Source: Pseudogymnoascus verrucosus (Eukaryota). Taken from it: 64,000 nt of DNA. Shown piece after piece: positions 24,857 to 38,922 of the stretch; the first letter of the stretch is position 1, and each line of letters begins with the position of its first letter. The stretch lies in NCBI GenBank assembly GCA_001662655.1, contig KV460210.1. The stretch is one strand, 5' to 3'. The position numbers and the translations under genes are program-made. Under the pieces are notes generated by a model that ran no database searches, was not told the origin of the DNA, and was given only the letters and a program-made list of their open reading frames with translations.

Positions 24857-26519
24857 ATGCCTCCAAACGAACCACGAATTAAACCCGAGACCCCTGCTAC
24901 AAACAACAGCCCAGCACAAACAGCAAGCAGGTCGCGAGAGATGATGTGTACACACATCACCATGGTCAGGATGTACTCCATCGACATGCGGTGCTCCCTG
25001 TGTCTCCATCCCGGGTCTTTTGGGTGGGTATACAGGTGTTCCCAAGACCGTGAACTCATGATTGGGAATGCTTACAATGAGGGAGGTGTGGTGAGTTGTT
25101 CCGGAGAACTACTTGTTAAGTTTGACACTGGTCTCTGACAATAAAATCTTCTAGAATGGCCTTGATAGCCTCTTTGATTCTTTCACGGTTCCAGCAGAAC
25201 CTAAGAGGAGAAGTGCAGCAGCGCGTGTGCGTCCGGTGTCTTTCCTTGAAGAGATGGGGCCAGGGCAGCTTCAGGCGTATAGCCCGCAGCAGCTCAGCAT
25301 ACTTCTCGACCAGAGAACACACGTGAGTTCCATACTTTCATCCGATCTTGGGAAAACACATATTCTCTCCAGCTATTATAGTTCGCATACCTTTGAACCA
25401 ACGTCTGACTTCAAAACAGGTCCTCGACGTCGCAAAGCGCCACAGCAGAGACCTCGAGATATACCGCCACCGCGAGCAATCCGTCCTCAGCCCCTACTCA
25501 GACCTCGGCAACGCCTCCGATGAATCCAAACTCTGGGTCCCAAAACCAAATGAAGAGTGCCAGTTCAAAGTCTGCCACCGGTGCCGCCAAGCATGCGGCG
25601 AGCGTTCTTTTCTTAGCCTAGACGCCATCGCCAACGATGAGATCCCCATGACAGCCATCTCTGGATTCGGCTTCAATATTCTAGGCAAGAGGCCTGTGGT
25701 TCCACGCAAATGCGCCATCAATTACGGTCTTAGACCAGATCCACGACCACAGATGGTATTTAGACCAGTTGCAAAGGGAAAAGGTCTAGGGATTAACATC
25801 GTCAAGACTCCCCATGACCAGCTCTCGGAACAGGTTTCCATTCAACTAAGCCCCTTTGATGATGAACCAGGCGCCGATACTACATTCGGGCAGTCGTCTA
25901 ACGCGTACGATTCTTCCGCCATGGCTAGAAGTCTCAATCTCGAATCCGATATTGAAATCACCCCCATCGAACCAGACGAAAGATATGCGCTCCGACGAGT
26001 CCTCCATGTCAACATGATTCTCGCAGCAGAAACTGCCAAAGCCGACGCGGTAGAGGGAAGTAGTCTCCTATCCCACATCCGGGCCGCGGATACGCCACCA
26101 AATTCTCCTCGCCTTCGCGCGGCGAAAATGGATGATAAACAGGGGAAGCGCCCTGCTGTGCTTCGTGGTAGAAGGTATAGTTTTTTCGCCTGGTTGTCAA
26201 ATATAGTGAACTGAGGCTAACTTCTCTTAGCGATAATTCTCTCCATACCAACGCGGAACTCCGTCGTAAGTTTAATCTTGATGATGTGGAAGGTGATGAG
26301 GAGGATGATATAACGTATATTCTGCGGAAAAGACGCTTTTACCTCGCGTCTGATGCTCAGTCGGACTCGAAGGAGGAGGAGGATGGGAAGTCTACTTCGG
26401 AGTTTGCTACTACTATGGAAGTGGAAGATAGGGATGCTGAGGGCTCGACTGCTAAGCCGGTGGTTGTCACCAGAAGAACAGTGGGGATACAACTTTCCGA
26501 TGTGGTCACGCAGATATAA
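24857..26519 (+). CDS. Hypothetical fungal protein with Cys-rich (possible Zn-binding) motifs, multi-exon; exact structure uncertain
   Basis: CTH.TM.R.Y....CSLC....FGWVYRCSQDR and CQFKVCHRCR motifs; GTGAGT donors at 25091 and 25323. Confidence 0.6.
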
Positions 26520-27039
26520 GCCGAATATTTGCTCCTGGATTTGGGAATATACTGGTCAATAGGGTCATCTCGATTTCTTCTTTCTTCTTCGCTCGTGGAT
26601 GATACCCCGGAAAGAGTTGGCTAGGCCTATGGATGTAGTATAAGCAATATCGCACCAGCTGGTCCTTAAATCGTGGTTAGATCAAGTAGCCACAAAAAAA
26701 CAAGCAAACAAACAAACATTCAAAACTATCTTAGTTCCATTATTACCCTTGTGACATCTTACAATTGAGACGCTGTTTTTATACAAACCGTGGGTGCCTG
26801 TCTGATGTAATGTGAGTGTTTGAGCTCGGGAACAATTCTGCCGGCAGAACCGACTTACCGCCTCCCCGCCAGCTTCACACCAACACCACACACGTAAACG
26901 TGCTTGCCTGGACCAAACATCCACCCACCTATACCTCCCAAGTCCCCAACCCGCCACCCACATCTCGAAACTCAACCTCCATCAATTCATCCCATATACC
27001 CAAACCACTCAAGCAGCTACAACCCCCCCCATCACCACC

Positions 27040-27672
27040 ATGGCGTCCTACGAAGGTCCGTCCCTCCTCTCCCCCTCCTCCCCCAACTACCCCACTAACC
27101 CCCCCGCCACAGTCGAGCACAACATCCAACCCACCACCACCCCCTCCACGTCCCGCCGCCCCGACATGTCCACCTTCTTCTCCAAGCTCTCTCAAATCAA
27201 TCTCGACCCCCTCACCCACAACAACCCACACGCACAACCCACCCCCGTCGACATGCGCGCCACCTTCTCCCTCCTCGCCGATTCCTACTATCAAATCCGC
27301 TCCACCACCTCCGGCCCCCCTGCGGAGCTCTTGACTTCCCTGATTACCGAGTTAGAAGAAACGGCTGATAGTCCGCCGAAGGAGGTGGAGGGGGTGAGTC
27401 AGGCGTTTTTGGACAGCTTGGAGAGGGTGGATAGGAAGAAGTTGAAGGAAGAGAGTTGTCCGATTTGTGGAGAGAGGTTTAGGGACGATGAGTACCCCCT
27501 CGTGGTGGTGTTGCCGTGTCATCCGGGGCATTGGTTTGATCTCGAATGTGTGGGGCCGTGGTTGAGGTTGAAGGGGACGTGTCCGTTGGATCGGAAGGCG
27601 GTGGGGGAGAGGAAGAAGGTTGTGGTTGTGGAGGATAGTGAGGAGGAGGATTATGATGATATGATTGCGTAG
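27040..27672 (+). CDS. RING-H2 E3 ubiquitin ligase
   Basis: CPICGERF..LPCHPGHWFDLECVGPWL..KGTCPLDR; in-frame intron 27056-27112. Confidence 0.88.
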   Translation: MASYEGPSLLSPSSPNYPTNPPATVEHNIQPTTTPSTSRRPDMSTFFSKLSQINLDPLTHNNPHAQPTPVDMRATFSLLADSYYQIRSTTSGPPAELLTSLITELEETADSPPKEVEGVSQAFLDSLERVDRKKLKEESCPICGERFRDDEYPLVVVLPCHPGHWFDLECVGPWLRLKGTCPLDRKAVGERKKVVVVEDSEEEDYDDMIA

Positions 27673-27935
27673 GTTGGCGGGATGGGATTTTTGATACCAG
27701 ATTGGGGGGGTTGGTGGTGGAGTGGAGTGAGGTTGGCGTGGGATGGAGTTGGGGGTTTGATACTGCAATGCAAGAAATTGTATCTCTCATTTAAGATGTG
27801 CTCAGATATTCATTTTACGCTGCCTATGGTGAGTGCAACATAGATCCACTCCCCTATATAACCCTTCCCAACACCCACCCTCCTCCCCCCAAACCCCTTC
27901 TCACCAGCATCAACCCATCCCCTCCACTCAGGACT

Positions 27936-29090
27936 CTACTTCTTCGCCGGCGGCGGCGGAAACATCCCCGCCCACCCCCCATCCGGATTATCGTGTCCGC
28001 CATCCTCCCCCCAATACGCCGCCGGCCCAGCAAGCGCATCCCAATTCGCCGCCCCATCAACCCCCATCACCATCCACGCCAAAATCCCATCCTCAGTCCT
28101 CTCCCCCAACAGCACATAATCAAAAAACGGATCCACCACCTCCGTCGCACTAGGTCCAATCCACACATCCTCCTCATTCGTCGTCAGCGGGAGCGTATTC
28201 GTATTATACGGCTCCGCAGCCTCCACAACAGCGCGAAGCGAGGCGTCGAAATAGAGTTGTCCGATGTGCGAGACGTGGCCGCCGGTGTAGGTGCCGTTGG
28301 GGAGGAGGGTGCCGCCGGTGTGGGTGAGGACGTGTTGGTGGGTTGCGCGATTCCAGTAGTGGCCGGGGAAGATTGTGGTGAATTGCACGACGCCTTCGGA
28401 GTCGGTTTGCTGGACGCCGCGGAGGAATGTGGTGTTGAGTCCCGAGTACTCTGTCGGGTCGCTGACGCCGGAGTACTGCCCAGTGGAGTTAGCGGACCAG
28501 GTATCGACGATGAGGTTCGCGGGACCGCAGGTGGAGGTGTCGATGAATTGCCAGTCGAGGTATAGCGGGACGCCGGGTTGGTCTTCGGCGATATTGGTGC
28601 GGAGGAGCTCTTGCGCGACGAAGTAGGGGCCCGTGGCGCCTTCGGGGGTGAGGATGCAGGGGGAGGTGGTGCCGAAGACTTCGGAGGGGGGGGTGGTGGA
28701 GGTGAAGTCGTGGGAGGAGGTGCGGTCGTGGGAGACCTGCATCCATTTCTCCACGTCTGCTAGGTCGCGGCGGTGGCGCATGGGGGCTGGGTTTGTTAGT
28801 TGTGTATTGAAGATTTGGAAAAGGGGGGGCGTGCTACCAGTGAGGCCGCGTTCTTCGCGCAGGCGTTGTGCAGTGGCTGCTCGGCGTACGGCAGCTTGTT
28901 TCTGTAGCTCTAGAGACGCCGCTGATCCCGAGCAGGCCTGGAGTGAGCGTGCTCCATTTTTGGTGTGGAAGGCCTGTTCACCGAGGGCGCGGCGGAGGAG
29001 AGCAGGGTCTTTATGGTCTGGATGGGCGAGGGTGCCAGAGAAGAATGTAGCCGCCACCAAGGCCGATGCCAAACCCAAGATGACAACCAT
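27936..29090 (-). CDS. Secreted intradiol ring-cleavage dioxygenase-like protein
   Basis: Signal peptide MVVILGLASALVAATFFSGTLA-HP; CILTPE.ATGPYF, FLRGVQQTD.EG...F.TIFPGHY..RATH.H, HIGQLYFD; in-frame intron near 28787-28837. Confidence 0.88.
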   Translation of the reverse strand: MVVILGLASALVAATFFSGTLAHPDHKDPALLRRALGEQAFHTKNGARSLQACSGSAASLELQKQAAVRRAATAQRLREERGLTGSTPPLFQIFNTQLTNPAPMRHRRDLADVEKWMQVSHDRTSSHDFTSTTPPSEVFGTTSPCILTPEGATGPYFVAQELLRTNIAEDQPGVPLYLDWQFIDTSTCGPANLIVDTWSANSTGQYSGVSDPTEYSGLNTTFLRGVQQTDSEGVVQFTTIFPGHYWNRATHQHVLTHTGGTLLPNGTYTGGHVSHIGQLYFDASLRAVVEAAEPYNTNTLPLTTNEEDVWIGPSATEVVDPFFDYVLLGERTEDGILAWMVMGVDGAANWDALAGPAAYWGEDGGHDNPDGGWAGMFPPPPAKK

Positions 29091-29724
29091 GTTGAGGCTT
29101 GGATTTATAAGAAGGGATGGGAAGGTGGAACTTCGACGATTTGGAGCGTAGGGAGCAGGGGAAAGGGAGCCCAACAGCTCGACCAAGGGGGGGCTTTATA
29201 TATCCGCCTCACGGACGAGGGGCCCATTTGACAGACAGCCAGATCGCGGGGCATTCCATTTCGAGATCGTGACTATAAGAAGCAGCTCAGCTAAGTAGCT
29301 CAGCTTTAGCCATTCATAACGACCGTAATATTCAGCAATCTCAGGCTTCTATAGCACGTGTCATATTAAGGATCAGGACGCATACAGGCAGTCATCAACA
29401 ACGCCCTTGCCGAACTTCTTCCATATACAAAACCAATTGAAACCCGGAGCTCCCAGCGCCTGCATCGGCATTACCATCGAGGCTGAATGGCTAAAAGCTT
29501 AATCCCGGTTGCTATAACGCACGGTCGCGGCCGTCCGTCTCGGTAGGGTATATCCGGCGGGGAGGACATAACAAACAAATGACTATCCAACAGATCACAC
29601 GGAGCACTATAAATCGCATTTATAAGATCTTGGTAAAATAATCCTTTTCCCGGAAAATAATGCACAAGGAGGATTGAGGCGGTAAGCGTTGGATTTGATT
29701 AATTGCACGCCACGTAGGCACCAC

Positions 29725-31067
29725 TCAGCTATCCCCAATACGGAAATACGCATCGTCGAACTCCTGGTTCTCGAGTCCCGTCGTGTCGTCGCCGCCTTCG
29801 AAATCTAAGCCATCGAGTAGATCGTCAAAATTCGTTTCGTTCCCGCCTATGTCCATAGCTAGATCGAGATCAGCGCCGCTCATCCCGATGCCATCTTCCC
29901 CATCAAGATTAATAATGTCGCCGTCCCCTGCTGTATTCACACCGGTGTTTGTTGTGTCGAACATGTTGATGTCTCCGCTCTCTTCCGGAACCTGGTTGGC
30001 GTAGCTCTCTAAGCCTTGTAGCATCGAGCTTCCGTCGTCGTTGCCGAATGGTTGGTCGCTGGCTTCGCCGAAGGTTGACAGGTCTATGTGACCGTCGTTT
30101 TGCATGCTGTAGTCTTGATCTTGATTCTCTCCTCCCGCAGCGTTATCCGTACCGAAATCAAAGTCGTCAAAGTTGAGATCCGGGTGGTCATCGTGTGCGC
30201 TTTTGGGGCCGAACAGAGACTCGTAGGTCATGTCGTCGTTGGTATCCAACGTGTCCAGTGGTTCCAGCTCTTTACTCGGGACATCTTGAAGTTTATCAAC
30301 TTGCTGGACGTCTGCCGCTGATACTTCTGGTTGTTCGATGCTTTGTTTGACCTCATCCTGCGGCTTTTCAGAGACCTGTGGTATGTCGGCCTTTGGCTCC
30401 TCTTCAAACAAGTCCATCGTATCCAAAGCCTCCTGCTTCGTCTGATTGCCCACCTGCACAGCGGTAGCCAATGGCTCCGGCTTCACCTGCTGGTCCATTG
30501 TTTGCGTCTCGCGCGCCTCTTCAATCTTAATATGCGCCGGCTGCTCCAACACCCCCCCATCACTCGCAGTCATCCCACCCTGCGCACCATCCACCATCTC
30601 CTTCTCCGTATCCACTTCGGCCGGCTTCGCAGCCGGATTCCTCAGCTCCTCCTCCCTCCTCCTCACCTCCCTCAAATCCCTCGCAATAACCGCCTTCGCC
30701 CTAACCTATCGCATCAAATCAGTACAACTCCCCCCTCATATCCTAATCCGAACAGTCTTACAATATCACTCTCCAGCTCATCCAAAGCGCCATGAAAACT
30801 CGTAATCGCCTTGGGCATATACATCTGCAACCTATCATTGTCATGCGAGATCGTTTTCGCGCCCTTCATATTGGCAGAGCGCAGGGCTTTGCCGGTTTCG
30901 ATGAGCTGTTTTGGGGGCCCCGTTAGTATTAAACTTTCTCCACAAAGATTTCGTCGTGGGGGAGCACGCACAATGTTGTTTATCAAGTTCTGCAAGGTAT
31001 CAAGGTGCTGTTGCTGTTTAGACTGCAGCTTGGCTGGCTGCTGCACGCCGGGTCGCGGTGCGGACAT
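29725..31067 (-). CDS. Hypothetical protein: helical N-terminus plus long acidic disordered tail (possibly a Mediator tail subunit-like protein), 3 exons
   Basis: Spliced LIETGKALR..SFHGALDELESDIVRAKAVIARDLRE; D/E/F-rich C-terminus. Confidence 0.6.
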
Positions 31068-32150
31068 GGTGGTGGTGGTATGAGATGCTGGCTGGTGGAT
31101 AGAGATATATGTGTTCAATTGGTTTGGGGTGATTTATAGGTGAGCTCCGAGGCGGAATGGGGAGTTGGTGGAGTCCTGAAGGGGAGGGCTCAAGGTTGCG
31201 GTTCGGGCCTGGCTGAAGCTATGTTAGTGCGGATAAATAATGGCCCGCGCCCCGTCCCCGCGTTTTCAATATCAAGTTCGGCAGGGGGTAAGAACAGTTC
31301 TTCTTATGACAGTATTTTACGCGTATTCACGATTACAAGCAGGGCTTCTAGTGATTATTAAGAAGTGACAGGTTCACCAATTTCAAGAAGAAGAAGAAGA
31401 GCAACTCTTCAATTATCCATAGTCAAGACTATGTGTATTCATTCTCAGTCCCCTACTCCCACCACAGCCAGAAGTAACTCTCCCTGCCCTTCAAATAAAC
31501 GTCTCCAATTTAAAGATCCCGATCAATCTTCCATCCAAAAACCATCATTACATGACAGGCAGGCGCCAGTGGCGCGCTACGAAAAAAATAAAACAGCCAG
31601 GGGGTAGTCGCACGATAGTATAGAGAATTCGTCAAACTCGTCACACCACCACACACAACACGAGAAAAATAAACCGAGCATACAAAGGGGCCAAAAACAC
31701 GCAAATTATATGCCTCATCGTGGAGTAGAGGTTGGTAGTAGTAGAAAGAGGTAGGAAGAAACTAATCCTCCAGAGTTTCAAGCACATAAAAACATATCCC
31801 AGAAAAAAACGAACACCACATGCTTTTTGTTGATTTGAAGACACGAGACGACAACATGATATCATAGCTTCTGCACCTTGCCACAAGACGAGAGAGGAGA
31901 GGAAAATGGGGCGATTGTGAGAGAGAGAATGCTATAATAAGAAAACCCTAGGCAAATCATCGCTGTGAACTATCCAACAAATGGTTCCCACTGTCGCTCT
32001 GTCGTCGTCATGAAGAGACCGAATTAAAAACGCAGGGAACAGAAGAAGTAAGTGATAACCGAAACCCCGCACCTGACGACTCACACGCCGCCACCCAAAA
32101 ACATGATCAGGGGAGAGAGGTCAGCGGTTCAGTCGAATTTAGGACCCGAA

Positions 32151-33919
32151 CTAGCCTTGGTAGCCACCAAAACCAGCTTGCCCGAACCCTTGAGAGGCCG
32201 GTTGGCTCCATTGAGCGGTCGGCGTCTGTTGTGCACGGCCGTAACCACCTGCGCTTGGTGGGCCACCGTATCCCATTGGCTGGCCTCCATACCCGGCAGG
32301 AGACTGTTGAGGTGGTCCTCCGTAGCCGCCTGGCTGGCCACCATACTGTGCTGGGGACTGCTGGTTAGGCATGGGTCCGGCTGATGGGGGGCCTTGTTGA
32401 GGTGGCATTCCACCGTACTGGGGGAAATATGCGGATGGTGTCCCAGGGTAGGCAGGAGTCTGAGCACTCTGAGGGCTGTAGCCGGTTGGGGTTCCCTCAA
32501 ACCCTGGTTGAGAAGGTGCCTTGTCCTTGCCCCACTAATTTGAAAGTTAGTTTGATTTCTGGATATAATGATTAATTAACTTACGCTGCACTTCAATGGG
32601 CGGCCGTTGACGTTGTAGCCACTCAGTTGGCAAATCGCCATAGCAGCGTTCTCGTGTGTGTCCATCTTAACAAAAGCGAAGCCGCGATCAGACTGGAAGC
32701 GGGTCTCAACAACGTATCCAAAATTCTGGAAAAGGGGTACAAGGTCGTTCTGGGTCGTGTATGGCGTAAGGTTGCCAACGTAGACGGTGGTTTGCCACTG
32801 GGGAGTTTGCTGGACAATCATATCGTAGCTTTGGACACCGTGGGTCGGGAAGTGGTGGTGGCCGAATGGTGTAGTTGGAGTAAGTCCAGTAGAAACCATG
32901 GATTGCTGCTGGGAGATCGATGGCTGGCCCTTTTGATTCGCCCAGTTACAGCGTATCGCGCGGGATCCGAGCCACTCTCCATCCATTGAGCTAAGAGCCT
33001 TTTCAGCATCTTGGCGCTCACGGAAAGCAACAAATCCGTAACCACGGGACCTTCCGGTCTTCATGTCCCACATCACTCTTGCCTCAGAAACCGATCCGAA
33101 AGCACAGAATGCCTGAAGAAGGACCTCATCGTTAACCTCATTCGAAAGGTCACCAACAAAGATGTGGAAGTGGTTAGAGGTGTCCTCCTTATTAGATGTG
33201 TTGGACTGGTATGCCCAGTTAACACGAATTTCCTATTCCGGTTAGTCATACAAATTCACTTATTCCGCGTGATATTGTACGTACGGCTTGGTGGACACGT
33301 CTGCCATTCAAAGTTTGCATAGCACGCTCTGCTGCTCCTGGGTCATCGTACTCGACGAAACCGTAGTTGAAGCCCTTTGACTGTAGCTGGTTAATGCGAT
33401 TAGCATGCTGCATATATAACAAAGGGGTGTGAGATAAGTGTGTCTCGGGAGTTGGGGGCGATATCTCTATGCCACACACTTGTGCGCATATTCGGGTATC
33501 TCATGGATTTGACACATAAAAAAGGTGATACTGACAGCACCAACATTCTTGTCGGGAATGATTTTGACGTTTTGGACATGTCCAGTAGTTTCGAAGATTT
33601 GGCGCAAGACATCCTCAGTCACGCGAGGATCAAGTCCACCAACATAGAGCGCACGCTTATTTGGCTCTGGGGCCGCACGACGAACGAACCCGCCCTGGCT
33701 ATCTGGAGACATGATGACCCCATTCTCACCCGACATCGGCGAGGTTATAGCTGTTGGAATGGGATTCGTGTTCTGCGGGATGATGACAGGTGGGAGCGGC
33801 GGAGGAGGCATGTGCGGGTTGCCCATGCCATTCTGGCCGTTCTCGTAGCCTGGAGCACCGGCAGTTCCAGGTGGAGGTGGGAGCTGCGTCCCGGGCGGAG
33901 GAGGGGCTTGGTCAGACAT
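32151..33919 (-). CDS. PUB1: Poly(A)+ RNA-binding protein Pub1/TIA-1 (3 RRMs, Q/G/P-rich tail), multi-exon
   Basis: RALYVGGL, NYGFVEY, GRSRGYGFVAF, WLGSRAIRCNWANQKG, TTVYVGNL, RGFAFVKMDTHENAA. Confidence 0.92.
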
Positions 33920-35892
33920 CGTCTGTACGTTGTGAAGTATTACTGTGCTTTTTTTCGCTGCAAAAGTGACTGCGCAACTCGAGCCTTTGTTCGATGCGAA
34001 GAGTCCGACGAGTATGAAACTACGTAGGAGTCTAAAATCGAGATGTACTTAGGATCGTAGTATAAGATGAATCGCGTTGCAGGTCCCCAACAGTAGTATT
34101 AAGAATCGACTTGGAAGGACTCGAAATGATTCGAAGGAATCGGATCTTGAAATGAGCTTGATTGGAAAGGCAAGTCGAAGAGAATCGACGACAGGGAGTA
34201 TTTCAAGCGATGAACTGAAGAAAGTGTGAGTGTGGGCTGAGAAAAAAGCCTGGATGACAACGAGGCGCGCAAAGACGGGCTTCTGTTATACCTTTCGCGA
34301 CTGGAACAAATCGAAAGACGTGGAAGGAAGATCAATGCGATGACACCGACTGACGACGATTATGACTTAGGACCCGGTAGAAGGGAAGAAACACAAGCAG
34401 AAAGGAGAAGATATGGGAGAAGGAAGAGATGAGAGAAGTAGAAAACCACCGCCTCAAATCTCAAAAATCTCACAACGGCCTTGGGTCGATGAGGATATGT
34501 TGGTATTAGAGATGGAGGAGGGAGGGATCGAGGACAAAAGGTGGGGAGGTGGAAGGTGGGTGTGGAAAGGGAGGGAGGACCAAAGACGGCAGTGGGATGA
34601 ATGGACACCCGTAAATATGCACACCCCCACGGTCGACAGAGCTTCAGTGGGTGGTATAGGTGGCATAACTCTGGTATAGTACTACAGTGGACGACAGATT
34701 ACGGCAGCTACTACATGCCCTAAGCTTAATCGGTCGCCGTAGCTGCGGTATGTGATGGGACGCTGGTGAGGTCAAAAGACACGGCCGGGGGTGCGTCGAG
34801 TAGAATTAGCGTAGTTTCACTCGAAGCGAAGGGATGGAAGGGACGCTACTGTATGTAGGTACTATGTATGGAGATGTAATGGTCAAGTGAGGCTGTGGGG
34901 GTCTGTTTGTCTTGAACAAAAAATAACGACGAGGTCTTGTTGGTCCTGTTGGTAATAGAATAGTTAATTACTATGGTAATGGTATGTTCTTTGTGAGCTG
35001 TTCTTTTATATAATATATGAGATATATATAAGATACAAGCAAGAACACCGGAGACAGATGGGGTGTGAGTGAGTAAAATCAGAGATGGTACTTCCGTCTG
35101 TTCTATTTGTGCCTGAAAACCACACCCAAACTCAATTGGCTGGTTGTACAGTACTATACTGGCGTGCGAGATGTGATAAGGTGGGCTGATTGTGCATGAA
35201 ACTCCTGCAGGGTACTTGAGCTGCGTAACTTGCTCATAGGTTGTGCGTAAGTTGTGCGAAGAATGGTATCAGAGAGTATATAGAGTTAGATATGAGATCA
35301 AGTTGATCCTAAACATTGTAGTGTTCATACCGAGCGCACAAAAAATATATAAAATGTCTTGGATTTAGGGCTGGCGGGAGGAAAGACGCGCTTCTAGGGA
35401 GTAATCCTACAATTATTAATTTACCCCTATGTCAAAATTACATATCTAGACTTTATGCAAATTGTATATAAGACGGGAAAAAATGATAAAGAATATTTGT
35501 TATCCCCTTGACACAGAAATACCTCCATGCGGTCTCATCTGATCCTTAAACATCCAACATAATCCTTCCTCTAGAATGGATGGACCCCTTAACTGCGCCT
35601 CAAGCCGCTTCCTCTTGCCAAATATAACAGATCGCCATGTCACGTGCCACCGCTCTACATGGTCCGTGCTGCTCACCACTTTGAAATCGCCTAGCGAGTC
35701 GCGTCAAACCGCGTCAACTTCAGGTGGTAAGGTACGTACTACAATCGCAGGGAAACAAAGTGAACGACTCGAACAACTCCGCCAAATAATCGCACCCACG
35801 AACAAAACAGCAGCCATGAGCCACTAGCCTCCCTTTCACTCACAGGACACCCGGGCAAAAAGCATTCCCGAACAGCCTGCAAAGTCGATTGC

Positions 35893-38800
35893 ATGATATC
35901 TGCTCGACGACGCTTTTCGGCATTCTCCACAGCAACCCCTCTCCTGCGTGCGAGTTGCTGGAAGGCGCCCCTCCACAGCCCGCACACCTGTCGAGTCCTC
36001 GTCCCGCACTTGGATGCATACATCTCACACAGTCGAACAGCTGGTTACTCCAGAATCGCCGACGCAATGTTAGGGCGGGCAGTACAGAGTTTCCAGGCTC
36101 CGCCGCCGCGGAAGGAAGCATTGGCGGCAGCGGAAACGGCTAGGAGAGCAGCCCAGTCTCCGGGGTCGAGTCAGGGCGTGGATGATATGTTGAAGAATGG
36201 GAAGAAGGATAATAGTAGGAAGAGCATTAGTGGGTGGGCGAGACCGGTGTCCCCGAGCTCGTCGGTGCCGTCGAGTGCACCGTTGTCGGTGTTTTCGAGG
36301 ACGAATTCGGCTTCTGCGTTTTCGAGACCGACTACGGCGGGGACTGTTACGTCGACTGCTTATGCGGATACATCGTCTGTGGCGAGGGGGGTTTCTGCGG
36401 GCCCAGGCAGGCAAGGTGTTGCTGGGGATAAGGTATGGATGTCAAGCTCAATTCTAAGGGAAGACATTAACGAGAAGGCCAGGTCGTAACACAAGCAGCA
36501 GTTATTATCAATTCCGGCACAGACATTGTCGACTTAACACAAGAAGCTCCAAGCAAATCTCACGCTCCACAACCAGTCGAATTCGACTTTGACGATTTTG
36601 ACGACGACAGCGACCTGGATCTCGAAGTGGAATACCCACTGGCATTACCAACCTTGAGTGCGCCACCTAGACAGCCATTGACCTCGATGTCCTCGAATAA
36701 TACTAACTTCCCAGCGTCAATGCCTCCACCGAAACTGTCAGCAACTCCTCAACACCTCACCAATCCAAGTAGTGGTCCGATACCATGGTCTTCATCTCCA
36801 CAAGCACATCTGGGCCCGCCTCCAGGGGCTGGGGCGAAACGATCTACTTTCCAAGAGCCAGAACAACAAATTACAAATTTGATTTCGTCTGAGCCGTCCA
36901 TCGATGCGAACCCTCGACCGGCTAAGAGGAGGACAACCCCATGGGCACAGCGGGCGGCAGAGGAGAAGGATGTGCAGCCACAGGAGAGGGAACAAGCAGC
37001 TAGAGGTACCCAATGCTTTAAGTGCCTGGGATATGGCCATTATGCTGGGAGCTGTACCAGAGCACGCCCCAAAGACAACTCAATTTCACATGACGAAGAT
37101 AGCTTTACCCCACTGCCGAAAGAAAAATCATTACCCTGGAATACTACCGCAAGCGCTATCAAGGACAAACGGGGGGCGTTCAGGGAGCAACAGAAGACTA
37201 TGAAAATGAAGAGGGAGCAAAATTCTATAACGGAGATGTTCAAGACTAAAACAAAAGGATCGACCACCAAGGAGGAGAGGGGGGCTAATATATTCCTCAG
37301 CTCGGAGCAGAGCAATGTCTTGGGACTCGTCACCGAGCAGAAGAAGAGCGTGTTCTTCACGGGTTCTGCGGGAACGGGAAAGTCTGTGCTGATGCGAGCT
37401 ATTATCGCGGAGCTGCGCAAGGTGTATAAGAAGGAGCCTGATCGGGTTGCTGTCACCGCGTCTACGGGTTTGGCTGCTTGCAATATTGGCGGTGTTACGT
37501 TGCATAGTTTTGGTGGGATTGGGCTGGGGAAGGAGTCTGTGCCTGACTTGGTGAAGAAGATTATGAGGAACCAGAAGGCGAAGACTCGGTGGTTGAGGAC
37601 TAAGGTTCTGGTCGTCGATGAGGTTTCGATGGTCGATGGAGAGCTGTTCGATAAGCTGGAGGGCATTGCTAGGTTCATCAGGAAGAACGGAAGGCCGTTT
37701 GGTGGGATTCAACTGGTTGTTACGGGGGATTTCTTCCAGTTGCCGCCGGTGCCGGATTATGGGAAACAGGTTAAGTTTGCATTCGATGCTGATACCTGGT
37801 CGACCTCGATTCATCACACTATTGGCTTGACGGAGGTTTTCAGACAGCGCGATCCAGGTAGGTCGAGTCGACGTTCATTTGTAAGGGTGTTGGCAGCTAA
37901 CCGTTGACGTAGTATTCGCCAATATGCTCAATGAGATGCGCTTAGGCAAGATCAGTGATGAAACCATGAAAGCTTTCAGGAAGCTAGATAGGCCACTGGA
38001 AGCCTCCGGTCTCGACGCAACTGAATTATTCCCAACTCGAAACGAAGTCGACAACTCCAACTTCATGAAGATGCGCCAACTCCAAGGGGCCGGCAAAATC
38101 TACCTCTCCGAAGACAGCGGCAGTGTCCGCGACCCTCAACAACTCGAGCGCCTCCTCCAAAACTTCATGGCGCCCAAGAAACTCGAGCTCAAGAAGCACG
38201 CACAGGTCATGCTGATCAAGAACATGGACGATAACCTCGTCAACGGCTCTATCGGCAAGGTCATCGGGTTCATGAACGAGAAAACCTTTGAGGTCTACGA
38301 GGGCGTCGATCTTGACCCGCTCGACGACAATGCGGGGTCCGACACGGAGGACCCACACGACGCGACCCGCGAAGCTAAACGTCGCGTTAGAGGCATGATG
38401 AATAAAGACCTCATCGCCGACACCGGCAAAGAATACCCCCTAGTCCGCTTCTTCGCCGCGGACGGCACATCACGGGACCTCCTCTGCCAGCCCGAGGACT
38501 GGAAAGTCGAGCTCCCCAACGGCGAGATCCAAGCCCAGCGTCGCCAGATCCCGCTCATCCTCGCCTGGGCGCTCTCCATCCACAAAGCGCAAGGCCAGAC
38601 GCTGGAGCGGGTGAAAGTTGATCTGCGCAAGGTCTTTGAGAATGGACAGGCATATGTGGCGCTCAGTCGCGCGACGACGCAGGAGGGGCTTTGGGTGCAG
38701 AATTTCAATCCGAGGGCCGTGATGGCGCATAAGAGGGTGGGGGAGTTTTATGATAGTTTGTATAGTGTTAATAAGGCGTTGAGGCATCCGAAGGTGCAGC

Positions 38801-38922
38801 AGGGGAGGGAGAATAAGAAGCAGGAGAAGGTGCAGGGGGAGGTACAGAAGTTGGAGGATAGGGCGATGGAGGAGGTGCTGGATTGGGATGAGGATGAGGA
38901 GGCTATGGCTGCTTATGGATGA
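35893..38922 (+). CDS. PIF1: ATP-dependent 5'-3' DNA helicase PIF1 (introns 36433-36482, 37858-37912)
   Basis: [85 protein letters not shown]. Confidence 0.95.
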
